Notes under the pieces: generated by a model
Seen by the model: only the letters and a program-made list of their open reading frames with translations
Told to the model about the DNA's origin: nothing
Databases searched by the model: none
NCBI GenBank assembly: GCA_963748215.1
Contig: CAVVHS010000006.1
Location: forward strand, 736,001 to 800,000
DNA from: an uncultured Gammaproteobacteria bacterium
Lineage (GTDB): Bacteria; Pseudomonadota; Gammaproteobacteria; UBA9214
Direction of reading: 5' to 3'
Length of the DNA: 64,000 nt
Position numbers and translations under genes: made by a program
Shown here: piece by piece, positions 29,571 through 40,868 of the stretch
Position numbering within the stretch: the stretch's first letter is position 1
Layout of the letters: the number at the start of each line of letters is the position of its first letter

Positions 29571-32500
29571 ATGCACACTCCACACACGCTGAATGAAAGC
29601 CCCCTGCAGCGGACTGTCGCACGCCTGTGCGTTCTGGTCACCGGTCTGCTGACACTTGGCCTGGCCTCAACCGTCCAGGCGGCCGTCACCTGTGAGCGTG
29701 ACATCACGGCCAACATCGTGGCACTCGACCAACCCATCCTGTTCAACCGTCTGGGCGCCTCCAACGTCAACGCGGCGATCTTCGCACTGGAACGCGACGT
29801 GGTGGATGCCGCAGGCGTGCCGCTCAGCATCGGCGGTGCCGCAATCCCGGGACTGGTGCAGTTGCGCACCGACAAGCGGCCCCGCCCGCTGGTGCTGCGG
29901 GTGCGCCGTGGCGACTGCCTGACGGTCAACCTGACCAATCTGCTGTCGCCGGTGGCCAACCCGATCAAGCCGGTGGTCGAAGGCGGCGACCCATTGCCGA
30001 ACAATGACCAGTTCAATGTGCCCATCGATGAACAGGTGTTCGACCGCCACGTGAGTTTCCACGTCTCCGGCATGCAGCTGGTCGATTCCATCGCCGACGA
30101 CGGGTCCTATGTCGGTCAGAACCCGTCGAGCATCGCCGCCCAGGGCGGCACGGCATCCTACCGGCTCTACGCCGAGCGCGAAGGCGCCTTCCACGTGACC
30201 AGCCTTGGCTCTGTCGTGGGCTCCGATGGCAACGAGGGCAACACCTCCAATCTGCTGTTCGGCCAGGTGAGCGTCGAGCCGACCGGCGCGAACATCTACC
30301 GCAGCCAGGTGACCGAAGAGGAGATGCGTCTGGTCTCCATGGACCTGGTCTCCACCTCGCCCACCTGCGGCGCGCGCAACCTCAACGCGGCCAGCCAGCC
30401 GATCATCGACTACGAGGCGCGCTACCCGACCGTGAACTGCGATGGCATCAACAACAGCGGGGCCGACCTGGGCGCGGCCGTGTGGATCGCCGAGGGCAAG
30501 GCGGGATTGCCCGTGCTGAATATGATCGACAACGACCAGATCGTGCAGTCCGAGATACATGCCATGATCGTCGGCCCGAACGCCGACGGCAGCTTCCCGC
30601 CCAGCACCTATCCGCTGGAGAGCGTGGGCAAGCGCAACCCCACCCTGCCGAACCGCCTGACGCCGTTCCGTGAATTCGCCTCGGTGTTTCACGACGAGAG
30701 TGCGGCCGCCCAGGCGTTCCCGGGTTTCTTTGTCGACGACCCGGTCTTCAATGTCGTGCTGGCCGGCGTCAAGGATGCCTTCATGATCAACTACGGCTCG
30801 GGCGGCATCGGCAGCGAAATCATCGCCAACCGCCTGCGGGTCGGACCCATGCACGACTGCCTCACCTGCGCCTTCGAGGAGTTTTTCCTGACCTCGTTCA
30901 CGGTAGGCGATCCGGCCCAGCTGGTCGATGTGTCCGCCAATATCGGTCTCGAGGCCCTGCGACCCGGACAGACGCCGGCGGCAGGCACCACCGGGCCGAA
31001 GGCGACCTTCGTGCCCTATCCCGAGGATCCGGCCAACATTCACCACAGCTACACGGGTGACTTCGTCAAGATCCGCAACACCCACCATGGCAAGGAACAG
31101 CACGTCTTCCACCTTCACAACCACCAGTGGCTGTACAATCCCAACGACGACAACTCGAACTACCTGGATGCCCAGGGCATCGGACCGGGTGTCGGCTACA
31201 CCTATGAAATCAACTACGGCGGTTCGGGTAATCGCCCCAAGAGTGCCGGCGATGCAATTTTCCACTGCCACTTCTACCCGCACTTTGCCCAGGGCATGTG
31301 GTACCACTGGCGCAACCATGACGTGCTCGAGACCGGCACCCTGCTCGAAGCCAGCGGCAGCCCGACCACCTTCCATGCCACGCCCTGGGCGCTGGGCAAC
31401 GGCACGCCGATGCTGGCATCCGTCGCCGGGCTGACCGAGGCCGCACCGGGTGCACGCGTGCGCGCCCTGCCCGATGCCGAGGTAGTGGTCGGTGCGCCGA
31501 TCCCGGCCATCGTACCGCTGCCCGGCAAGGCCATGCCGCCCCTGCCCGGCGAAGTCCAGCTGGTGCCCAACCCGCTCACCACGACGGCTTCGATTTTCAA
31601 TCCGACCCCGCCTGCTGCCGATCTCGATCCGGTCGCGCCTGGCATACAGGTGCCGGTCGGCAGCCTGGCCAGCGTCGTGGACCGCCTGACTAATCCCGGT
31701 TACCCGTTCTGGATTGCCGGCATCGAGGATACCGTGGGCCAGCGCCCGCCGACCCCGCCGCTCGACATGGCCTCGGCTGCCCAGGTGGCGGCGCTGAACG
31801 ATGCGGCCTGCCAGGCCGACCCGAACTGCCTGTGGCAGAACCTGGATCCCGCCCAGGCCGATGGCTGGGACGGCGGCCTGCCACGTGCGGCCCTGCAGGG
31901 CTATGCGGCCGGTGGCGACACCGAGCTCAATATCGTCTCGCGCCTCGACTTCACCAAGACCGTGGGTGAGGCGAAGGCGGTGTTCTTCCCCGAGGAGGGC
32001 ACCGACCTCGAACAGCTGGCGATGCGTTTTCATTCCATTCGCAATCATCCCAGCTGCCTGCCGGATGGCACCTGTGACCCAAGCATCGATGGCACCAGTA
32101 TCACCCCGGTCAACTTCGTTCTGAACGGTAACCTGCCCGCCGTCGGCGCGCCCTATCACGAGCCCTGCATGGACGACAGCGGCGTGCGCCTCGAGGCCAA
32201 CGTGCTGGGCAAGTTCTTCGGCAGCACCCTGACCGCGATGAACGACCCGGCAGGCATGACGGTCGTTGGTTCCAGCGTCTTCACTGCAGATAACCCGCGC
32301 ATCTACAAGGGTGCCAACATGCAGTATCGACGTGGTACTGAACAAGGCCGGTTACCACTACCCGCAGCAGCGCATCATTGCCCTGTGGGAGGACGTGGTA
32401 CCGATGATCAGCAAGACCAAGCCCGACGAACCGCTGGTGATGCGCTTCAACACCTTCGACTGCGGCGTCTATCACCACACCAACCTGGTACCCGAATACT

Positions 32501-35500
32501 ACGAGCTCGACGACTACCAGGTGCGCACGCCGACCGACATCATCGGTCAGCACATCCACCTGCCCAAGTGGGACCTGACCACCGCCGACGGCGCCGCCAA
32601 CGGCTGGAACTATGAAGACGGCACGCTCTCGCCCGGTTCGGTACGCGAGCGTATCCGCGCGCTGAACTGTTTCGCCACCGGTGACAGCGGCGATCCCGCC
32701 CACCCCTGCCCGGCAGAGATTCCAGTTGGAGGCATCGGCAGCCACGTTGCGGGCACCGGCTCTGGCGGATTGATCCCGCCCACCACCCTGGCACCCCACG
32801 CACATCCCTTCTGGGCGAACCAGGCGGCCACGCTGGGCGGCGCCTTCCCGGAACTCTGGGAGGGCACGCGGGTGACCCAGCAGCGCTGGTTCTTCGACCC
32901 GGTGGTCAACACCGAAGGCGTCGACCGGGGACTGGGCATCATTTTCACCCACGACCACTACGGGCCTTCGACCCACCAGCAGATCGGCCTGTACGCGACG
33001 GTGCTGGCCGAGCCGGCCGGTTCCCGCTGGGTGCACAACGAGACCGGCGTGCAGCTGGGCCAGGGCCCCGATGGCGGCAATCCGAGTGGCCGCATCGATG
33101 GCGGACCGACCTCCTGGCAGGCGGTCATCACCCCGCCGGGTGGCGGCTCGACCGTCAATCCGCCCGGACAGCTGGAGCAGTACCGGGAGTTCTACTTCGA
33201 GTACACCGACTTCCAGCACGCCTACGAGGCCGGCGTGTACGTGGGTGCCGACCAGCAGGGCGTACCGATCGGCGGGCCGGTCGGCAACAACCCGGCGCTG
33301 ACGGGCATCCTCGATACCGGCAATGCAGATTTCTCTGGCCTGCCCGGGGATGCGTTCCGCTTCGCCATCAACCCGCCGAATCGCGAACAGGTCACACCCG
33401 TGTTCCCCGACCTGGTGCTCGAGGCGGTCGCGGGCCTGTTGCCGGGTTGCCCCGCCGGCGGACGTCCCTGTCCAACCGCCATCGACGTGCAGGATCCGGG
33501 TATGTTCTCGGTCAATTACCGCAATGAACCCGTTGCCCTGCGCGTCTTTGACCCGCTCGCCATTGGGCCGGACAACAAATTCGGCGCCCAGAGTGACCAG
33601 CGCGCCGGCGACCTCGCCCTCGCGTTCGAGACGCGCAGTGACCGTCGCCTGTTCGTGGAAGGCGCCAGTTTCGGCAGCATCGACGGCAACCTGATCCCCG
33701 GCTATGTCCTGAACGAGATGCCGGTAGTTGGCGATAACATCAACGGCACCCTCTTCCCGCCGCACATCAACGCCGGCGGCGTGAATGGCGGCGATCCCTT
33801 CACCCCGATGATGCGCGCCTTCGCCGGCGACCTGATCCGGGTAAAGATGCAGGCCGGCGGCGACGAGGAAGAACACGCCGCCAACATCCACGGCGTGAAA
33901 TGGCTGTACGCCGGTTCCGGCCATGGCGAGGCCCGCAACTCGGGCTGGCGCGGCAGCCAGTCGGGCGGTATTTCCGAGCAGTTCACCCTCAAGGTACCGC
34001 TGGTACCGCTGAAGGGTAATGTCGGGCGCCGTCTCGACTACCTCTATACGATGGATGCCTCCACCGACGGCTGGTGGAGCGGCATGTGGGGCATCCTGCG
34101 CGCCTACGAAAACCGCACCCAGGCAACCGACCCGCTGCAGGGCGGCGGTCCGCTGGTGGAACTGACCAACAATCCGCCGCCGCAGACGGGGCTGGTGCAG
34201 ATCACCAACGCGGCGGCCTTCGACGGCGCCTGTCCGTTGTTTAAACCCGATGGCGTGACCCCGACCACGGTGCGCGCGTATGACATTACCGCGGTACTGG
34301 CCAACGACGTCCTGCCCGGCAATCCGAATGTCATCATTCAGGACATCTGCCCGGGTGCGGGACCACAGATCTGTGGCGGAGCCGGTCATGTCGGTGTGGC
34401 ACCGGATCCGCTCGGCGGCACACTCGTGTACAACCCGCGCACCGACCAGATCGGTGGTGGCGTCTGATGATCTCGGCCGCGGTGCCGCTGCCGATCCACA
34501 ACGGCCCGATACACGACCCGACCGCGATCCTGTATGTCCATACCTCGGATGTCGTCAAGGATGCCCTCGGTAATCCCATCGGCCTCAAGCCGAACACGCC
34601 GGTCGAACCGCTGGTACTGCGTGCCGCCGCGGGTGACTGTATCAGGGTCACGCTGCGCAACGAACTGCCTGTGCAAATGCCGGAGCTGCCGACCTATACC
34701 AGCCTGCTCGGCGCCAACAAGCGCGACCGGCTGGGTATCGAGGGCTCGACCACCTTCCAGACCAACCTGCTGGCCCCGTCCAACCGTGTCGGCCTGCATG
34801 CGCAGATGCTGGCCTATGATGTGTCGCGCGCCGACGGCACGGTGGTGGGTGAGAACCACACCCTGGCACAGGTCATCGGGCCAAACAGCGCCCCGGCCAC
34901 GTTCGAGTGGTATGCCGGCGATCTAGGCTTCACCCGCAACGGCGCGGGTCAGTGGACGCTAACTGCCACGCCGGTGGAGTTCGGGGTGTCGAACCTGGCA
35001 CCGGCGGACAAAATCAAGCACGGGATGAAGTCGGCGGTCGGCCAGCTGATCGTCGAGCCGCTGGGCTCCAGCTGGATCGAGGACGGCGTCAATGAAAATC
35101 CGACGGTCCCCGTGGCCGATCCGCTGCGCTTTGCCTATGCACCCGGTGCGACCCGGCTCGAGGCCTCGGTCATCAAGAACGGCGCCCGCATCTTCCGCGA
35201 CCTGTCGGTGGTGCTGACCAAGCAGCAGACCCAGTACTACGCGGACAGCCAGCCGGTCGAACACCTCAACGGTGAAGGAGCAGGCATCCCCGAGGATCCA
35301 CAGGAAGCCACCGGCATGGCGATCAACTACCAGATCGATCCGCTCTGGTTCCGGCTCGGCATCCTGCCGAATTCGCCCTTCGGTAACGACATGACACCGT
35401 CGAGCTTCGGCAATGCGGTGCCTCCGAATGTGGACGGGACCCAGTTCGACATCTACAGCAACAACCGGCCGCATCCGCCCGGCAGCCCGGAGGTCGGCCC

Positions 35501-36209
35501 CATCGGCGAACCGTCCACGCCGGTGTTCCTGGCACGGCCCGGTGAACCCCTGCGCGTGCGCCTCGGCGTACCGCATGGCACCAACCGCGGGTCCACCTTC
35601 AGCCTGCATGGCCACACCTGGCAGCGCGACCCGTACGTGTGTCCGGATGATGCGCGCAACGGTCTGGTTGGCGCCTGTCTGCCGACCAGTGTCGGTTCAC
35701 AGGCCATCGGGCACAACCCGCAGGGCTTCTACCAGGGTGCGCAGGAAAGCATCTGGTCCACCGCACACTACGACTTCGTGCTGGCGAGTGCCGGCGGTGC
35801 GGGTGGGATCCTGGGTGATTACCTGTTCCGCGATACGGGTTCCTTCGGTAACGCCTCCGGGCTGTGGGGTATCGTCCGGGTCGAGAACCGACCCGATGCC
35901 GATGGCGACGGTATCTTCGACGATGTGGACAACTGCATCAACGTGGCTAATGGACCGCTCGCCGGTCCGGTGAATGGCCTGAGTCAGTGCGATACCGACG
36001 GCGATGGTATCGGCAACATCTGCGATGCGGACTTCAATGGCAATGGCATCGTGGATCCGACTGATTTTACGCTCCTGAAGTCCACCCTGGGGTCGACACT
36101 GGCGCCGAATCAGGACCTGAACTGCAACGGCATCGTGGATCCCACCGACTTCACGACCATCAAAGCGTTGCTGGGGCAGCCGCCGGGCCCGTCCTGCTGC
36201 GGAGTCTAG
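29571..36209 (+). CDS. mnxG: Large MnxG-like multicopper oxidase (about 2200 aa if joined) with C-terminal TSP3/dockerin-like module; breaks near 32325 and 34465
   Basis: RBS GAGGAGG before ATG 29571; signal peptide (VQA). Cu motifs occur in MnxG-type permuted order: HVFHLHNH, HCHFYPHFAQGM, HIH, FTHDH, plus EEH..IHG and SLHGH. Joins ORFs 29322..32615, 32266..34467 and 34467..36209. The downstream gene set matches Pseudomonas mnx operons. Confidence 0.82.
35895..36209 (+). repeat. TSP3 + dockerin-like module, copy 6
   Basis: CDADFNGNGIVDPTDFTLLKSTLG...QDLNCNGIVDPTDFTTIKALLGQPPGPSCC. Confidence 0.85.
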
Positions 36210-36227
36210 TTACCGCCGGTACCAGGG

Positions 36228-36262
36228 CGTGTTGCAGGTTGTCAGTTTGAGCCTGCAGCACG
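36228..36262 (+). repeat. Conserved intergenic hairpin, copy e (diverged, G-U pairs)
   Basis: CGTGTTGCAGGTT...AGCCTGCAGCACG. Confidence 0.6.
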
Positions 36263-36574
36263 TCTCGGATGTCGTGCTGTACAATTTAGCCACACGTACT
36301 GGCTTGCCGGAGCCGGACTTCCCGACCTGATGCGTACGCCTGTTTAACCTGTGACCTGGAGTCCCATTCAAAATCAGTGACATTCCGATCGTGACTGCTG
36401 CCTGCGGGGTTTGGCGCAAAGAGTGCACGCGACAAACCCAGCCAGGCTGAATCGACATCCGTTCTGATATTCATGACATTTTTGCAACTTTTCATTGTTT
36501 TTTTTGACAAAAGCAAGCAGGAACCGAACGCGCCTGCTGATCAAAATTACAAGCGCCAAGGCAAGGGGTAAACC

Positions 36575-38551
36575 GTGCACTCCAGCTCTACAAACCGCCG
36601 CTTCTGGTGGCCTTTCATCCTGTTGTTACCCTTATTCCTGGCACTGATCACCGGCGGCCGCGCTGCGGAACCAGAGCCGGTAAAGCCCGATACGGGCCGC
36701 CTGGTCAGACACGGCATTGTGGTCGACTTCGAGGCACTGCCGCTCGCAGGCGACGACCAGGGGCTCATGGAAGGGCAACTGGCCGAGATCCGCTTCCGAC
36801 TCACCGAGGAGGCGACCGGCGCACCGGTCCGGGGTATTACGCCCGGCGCCTGGATGGACATGGGTGAAGTCATCCAGGGCCAGTCAGGGGCCGAGCAGAA
36901 AACCTGCAAGGAAAAGATCGCGCTCTATCTCAAGGGTGTGGTTGGCATCCGCCCCATGATCGACCTCAACAGCTACTATGTGCTGATCCTCAACAAGGAA
37001 CCGAGTATCTCCGTCGTTGATCCGCTGGTTTCGATGGTGGGCAAGACCAGCACCCTGGCGAGCATCCGTCTCGAGGCCGCGGGGGCCGACTGGGCCAGCA
37101 GCGCGGACGAAAAGCTCGTCTTCGTGAGCATGCCCAGGGCCGGCAAGGTGGCACTGCTGGATACCAGCAAGTTCAAGGTGACCGACAACATCCCGGCCGG
37201 CACGGCACCGACCCGGGTGGCGCTGCAACCTGATGGACGTTATCTCTGGGTCGGCAACAATGCGCCAACCGCGGATGCCAGCGGTGTCACCGTTATCGAC
37301 ACCGACACGCTGGAATCCCTGGCCACCCTTCCCACCGGGGCAGGACATCACGAGATCGCCTTCTCCGCCGACAGCCGTTATGCCTTCGTGAGCAATCGCG
37401 ATGCCGGCACGGTCAGTGTCATCGACGTCCAGTCACGCGCCGTGCTGAAGGACATCGAGACCGGCCCGCTGCCTATTTCGCTCGCCTATTCAGCGCTGTC
37501 CCGGGCGCTGTACGTCGCCGACGGCAAGGACGGCCACATCAGCGTGATCGACACCGAGCAGTTCGAGGTGCAAAAACGTATCGAGGCCAGTCCCGGTCTG
37601 GGACCGTTGCGTTTCGCACCGGACGGCCGCTATGCCGTGGTGGTCAACCCCAGCCGGGAGACGGTCTACGTGATCGACGCGGCGGCCAACGAAATCGTGC
37701 ACCGCATCGCCGTGGCCGGCCAGCCCTACCAGGTCGTGTTCAGCCGTGCCTTTGCCTACGTGCGTCCACTTGCCAGCCAGAGCATCTCCATGATCGACCT
37801 AAGCAGTCTCGGCGCAGGCAAGCAACCGATCGTGAAAAGCTTCGAGGCGGGCAGTGTAGCGCCCAGCCTGGCCGGTGACCTGTCACTGGCCGACTCGCTG
37901 GCCGCGACCAGCAGCGAGGCGGCCATGTTCATCGTCAACCCCGGTGACAACACCACCTATGTGTACATGGAAGGCATGAACGCACCGTCCAGCAACTACT
38001 CGGTGCGCGGTGCCAGCGCGCGCGGCGTGATGGTGGTTGATCGCAGTCTGCACGAAATCGAGCCGGGGCTGTTTTCCGCCAAGGTGAAGCTTCCCGCCCC
38101 CGGCCGCTACGATGTGGCGTTCCTGCTGGATACGCCGCAGATCCTGCATTGTTTTTCGGCGGAAGCCCGGCCCAATCCCCTGATCGATCACGTCACGGCG
38201 CCGCTCACCATTGAATACCAGCTGCAAGACCGGCGCATGCATGTCGACACCCCGGCGCCACTGCGCTTCCGGCTCGTCGATTCCCATACCGGCCAGCCCG
38301 TGACCGGGTTGAAGGACGTGGGCGTGCGCTACTTCCGGGTTCCAGGCACTGACCGCAAGGAGATGCGTGCCACAGAGGAAGGTGACGGCGTCTACCGGGC
38401 CGATCTGGCACTGTCGCATCCGGGCGCCTATTACGTGCACGTGGGTGTGCCATCCGCGGGCATCGCCTACCAGGATCTGCCCTACTTCACTCTGGTCGCC
38501 GTCCAGGCCGCCGCCGGTTCACCGCGTGTGCCACAGGAGACGTCGCCATGA
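36575..38551 (+). CDS. YVTN/cytochrome d1-type beta-propeller protein with C-terminal YtkA/FixH-like domain
   Basis: Signal peptide; repeated G..P..vA.spDGR..yV.N...gTVSVID blades; C-terminal E.gdGvYrA...PGaY.V.V. Confidence 0.85.
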   Translation: MHSSSTNRRFWWPFILLLPLFLALITGGRAAEPEPVKPDTGRLVRHGIVVDFEALPLAGDDQGLMEGQLAEIRFRLTEEATGAPVRGITPGAWMDMGEVIQGQSGAEQKTCKEKIALYLKGVVGIRPMIDLNSYYVLILNKEPSISVVDPLVSMVGKTSTLASIRLEAAGADWASSADEKLVFVSMPRAGKVALLDTSKFKVTDNIPAGTAPTRVALQPDGRYLWVGNNAPTADASGVTVIDTDTLESLATLPTGAGHHEIAFSADSRYAFVSNRDAGTVSVIDVQSRAVLKDIETGPLPISLAYSALSRALYVADGKDGHISVIDTEQFEVQKRIEASPGLGPLRFAPDGRYAVVVNPSRETVYVIDAAANEIVHRIAVAGQPYQVVFSRAFAYVRPLASQSISMIDLSSLGAGKQPIVKSFEAGSVAPSLAGDLSLADSLAATSSEAAMFIVNPGDNTTYVYMEGMNAPSSNYSVRGASARGVMVVDRSLHEIEPGLFSAKVKLPAPGRYDVAFLLDTPQILHCFSAEARPNPLIDHVTAPLTIEYQLQDRRMHVDTPAPLRFRLVDSHTGQPVTGLKDVGVRYFRVPGTDRKEMRATEEGDGVYRADLALSHPGAYYVHVGVPSAGIAYQDLPYFTLVAVQAAAGSPRVPQETSP

Positions 38552-39516
38552 ACCTGCGCCTGACAGGCGCACTCTGCGCGCTCGCCCTGGGGTTCGGCAC
38601 GTTGCCGGGGGTACTGGCCGATGCCTTCGGCCTGGCGGCCCGGGTCAACGGCATGGAGATCTCCAATGAAAAGCTCGAGAAGAGCTTTGAGGAATACCTG
38701 CGCGAGAACAATGTGAACGTGGGCGCCATTCGCTATCCCGATCGATACAAGGCCATGAGGCGGGAGACGCTCGATTTGCTGATCGACCAGCTACTGCTGT
38801 GGCAGGCGGCACAGGACAGCGACATGGTTGCGACACCCGCTGAAGTCAGCGCCGCGTTCGATGACATGCGTGCCCAGTTCAAGTCGGCGGAGAACTTTCG
38901 CGACCGGCTCACTGCCGAAGGTTACAGCGAAGACAGTTACCGGGAGCACCTCAAGCAGCTGGTCTCGGCCAGCAAGTACCTGGAGAGCCTTAGCGGCAAC
39001 ATTGAAGTGAGCGATACGGAAGTACACGACTTCTATACCCGGAACCCGGATAAATTCCAGCTGCCCGAAGTCATCCGGGCGCGCCACATCCTGATCAAGC
39101 TGGATGCCTCGTTGTCCGATGAGGAGCAGCGCGACAGGCGCAGGCATGTCGAGGACATCCTGGCACAGGCACGCGCGGGTGCCGACTTCGCCCGGCTCGC
39201 CACCGAGCATTCAGAAGATACCAGCGCCGCCCACGGTGGTGACCTCGGCTACTTTCCGCGCGGAAGAATGGTAAAACCGTTCGAGGACGCCGCGTTCGGT
39301 CTGCAGCCGGGCGAGCTGTCCGGGGTAGTGGAAACTCCCTTCGGCCTGCACATCATCAAGCTGGAGGAACGTCACGCGCCCAAACTGCTGCCCGAAGCCG
39401 ATGCCCGCGAACGGATAACCGGGTATCTCACGGCGCTGAAGCGTGAACAGGCCGTATCCACCGGCATGGAAACGCTGCGTTCCAGCGCCAAGATCGAAAT
39501 ACTGGTGCCGTTATGA
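38548..39516 (+). CDS. SurA/PpiC (parvulin) peptidyl-prolyl isomerase
   Basis: ARVNG.EI, IRARHILIK, DFARLA.EHSED, GGDLGYF.RG.MV.PFE.AAF, VETPFGLHIIK; ATGA overlap with the upstream gene. Confidence 0.92.
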   Translation: MNLRLTGALCALALGFGTLPGVLADAFGLAARVNGMEISNEKLEKSFEEYLRENNVNVGAIRYPDRYKAMRRETLDLLIDQLLLWQAAQDSDMVATPAEVSAAFDDMRAQFKSAENFRDRLTAEGYSEDSYREHLKQLVSASKYLESLSGNIEVSDTEVHDFYTRNPDKFQLPEVIRARHILIKLDASLSDEEQRDRRRHVEDILAQARAGADFARLATEHSEDTSAAHGGDLGYFPRGRMVKPFEDAAFGLQPGELSGVVETPFGLHIIKLEERHAPKLLPEADARERITGYLTALKREQAVSTGMETLRSSAKIEILVPL

Positions 39517-40244
39517 AACATTCTGCCGCACGGAGCGTAACCGGATTGCCGAAGCCCTGCTTGCGCCCTGCGCACCTGCCGGTCGCGCTGCTGACGCTGG
39601 TCCTGCTGGCGCCGCCGGCCGTGCGGGCGGCTGAGGAGCACCACCATCACCAGCACCCCGAGCCGGTTTCCGGCGCCGACCCGCACGCCCACCACCGGGC
39701 CATGCTCGAGCAGGCACAGCCGGGTCCGGCCACCGCCACCGATGTCACGCTGCACAATGCGACGCTCCTGACCCAGAACGGCGCGCAGGTGCGGTTCGCC
39801 AGCGATGTCATCGCTGACCACATCGTGGTAATGGACTTCGTCTACACCACCTGTACCACCGTGTGCCCGGTGCTGTCCGCGGTCTTCGGCCAGGTGCAGG
39901 AACGTCTGGGCGACCGGCTCGGACAGGAGGTGTCGCTGGTATCAGTCAGTGTTGACCCCGTCCGCGACACACCGCCACGACTCAAGGCCTACGCCGCCCG
40001 GCATCGCGCACAGGATGGCTGGGTCTGGCTCACCGGGGATAAATCGCAGGTGGACCAGGTGCTGACCGGGCTTGGTGCCTACGCGCCGCGTTTCGAGGAC
40101 CATCCGGCCATGGTCCTGGTGGGCGATGGACGTTCCGGGACCTGGATCCGTTTCTTCGGCTTCCCGGGTCCGGACCAGATCCTGGCCACGGTGGATGAAC
40201 TCTCGGCGGCCCGCCAGGCGGCCGCCCAATCCCTGCAGGAGTAA
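39513..40244 (+). CDS. SCO family protein with His-rich N-terminus
   Basis: EEHHHHQH..DPHAHH; YTTCTTVCP; SVSVDPVRDTP; EDH. Confidence 0.9.
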   Translation: MKHSAARSVTGLPKPCLRPAHLPVALLTLVLLAPPAVRAAEEHHHHQHPEPVSGADPHAHHRAMLEQAQPGPATATDVTLHNATLLTQNGAQVRFASDVIADHIVVMDFVYTTCTTVCPVLSAVFGQVQERLGDRLGQEVSLVSVSVDPVRDTPPRLKAYAARHRAQDGWVWLTGDKSQVDQVLTGLGAYAPRFEDHPAMVLVGDGRSGTWIRFFGFPGPDQILATVDELSAARQAAAQSLQE

Positions 40245-40250
40245 TGCACC

Positions 40251-40868
40251 ATGCGCACGATTTTCAGCTTGTTACTCGCCCTGGCCTGGCTAGCGCCTGC
40301 CGTGTCCGCAACACCACCGGAGACTACGGGCGGCGCGGCAGCGACACCCGCTGCGACAACCCAGGCCGACGCTGACGAGGCCTCGAGGCAGTACTTCACG
40401 GACCTGAAGCTGGTCACCCAGGACGGGAAGGATGTGCGCTTCTTCAGCGATGTCCTGCAAGACAAGATCGTGCTCATCAATTTCATCTTCACCCACTGTG
40501 AGGGTGCCTGCCCGCTGATGACCCGCAAGCTCAAATCGAGCCGCGACCTGCTCGATGCGTCACTGCGTGCCAGGGTGCATTTCGTCTCCATCAGCATCGA
40601 CCCGGAACGTGACACGCCGGCCGCGATGAAGGCATTTGCCGCCCAACACGAACTCGCCGACGACAAGAACTGGCTGTTCCTGACCGGTGATCCGCAAAAC
40701 GTGAACCAGATCGTCAGGAAGCTCGGCCAGTACACGCCGGACGTCGAGGAGCACTCGACACTGGTGCTGGCCGGCAATGTCAGGGATCACTACTGGATGA
40801 AGATCTCGCCCATGGTGCCGGCGGAGGGTATCGCGGACAAGCTGCGCCTGCTGGCACAGGAGCAGTGA
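40251..40868 (+). CDS. SCO family protein
   Basis: FTHCEGACP; SISIDPERDTP; EEH. Confidence 0.9.
   Translation: MRTIFSLLLALAWLAPAVSATPPETTGGAAATPAATTQADADEASRQYFTDLKLVTQDGKDVRFFSDVLQDKIVLINFIFTHCEGACPLMTRKLKSSRDLLDASLRARVHFVSISIDPERDTPAAMKAFAAQHELADDKNWLFLTGDPQNVNQIVRKLGQYTPDVEEHSTLVLAGNVRDHYWMKISPMVPAEGIADKLRLLAQEQ

Noticed and set aside
29667-34389. Very long minus-strand ORFs (892 aa and 702 aa; likewise 11746..13419, 22555..23850 and 8136..9341)
   Set aside because: Antisense shadows of high-GC coding genes; they have no motifs and the plus strand carries clear families.
34465-34470. TGA-TGA as selenocysteine or stop readthrough in the mnxG-like gene
   Set aside because: The homologous sequence continues in a different frame, so readthrough would not restore it.
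11416-36262. The hairpin family as dispersed CRISPR repeats or intrinsic terminators
   Set aside because: The copies are kilobases apart with variable loops, and none has a U-tract.
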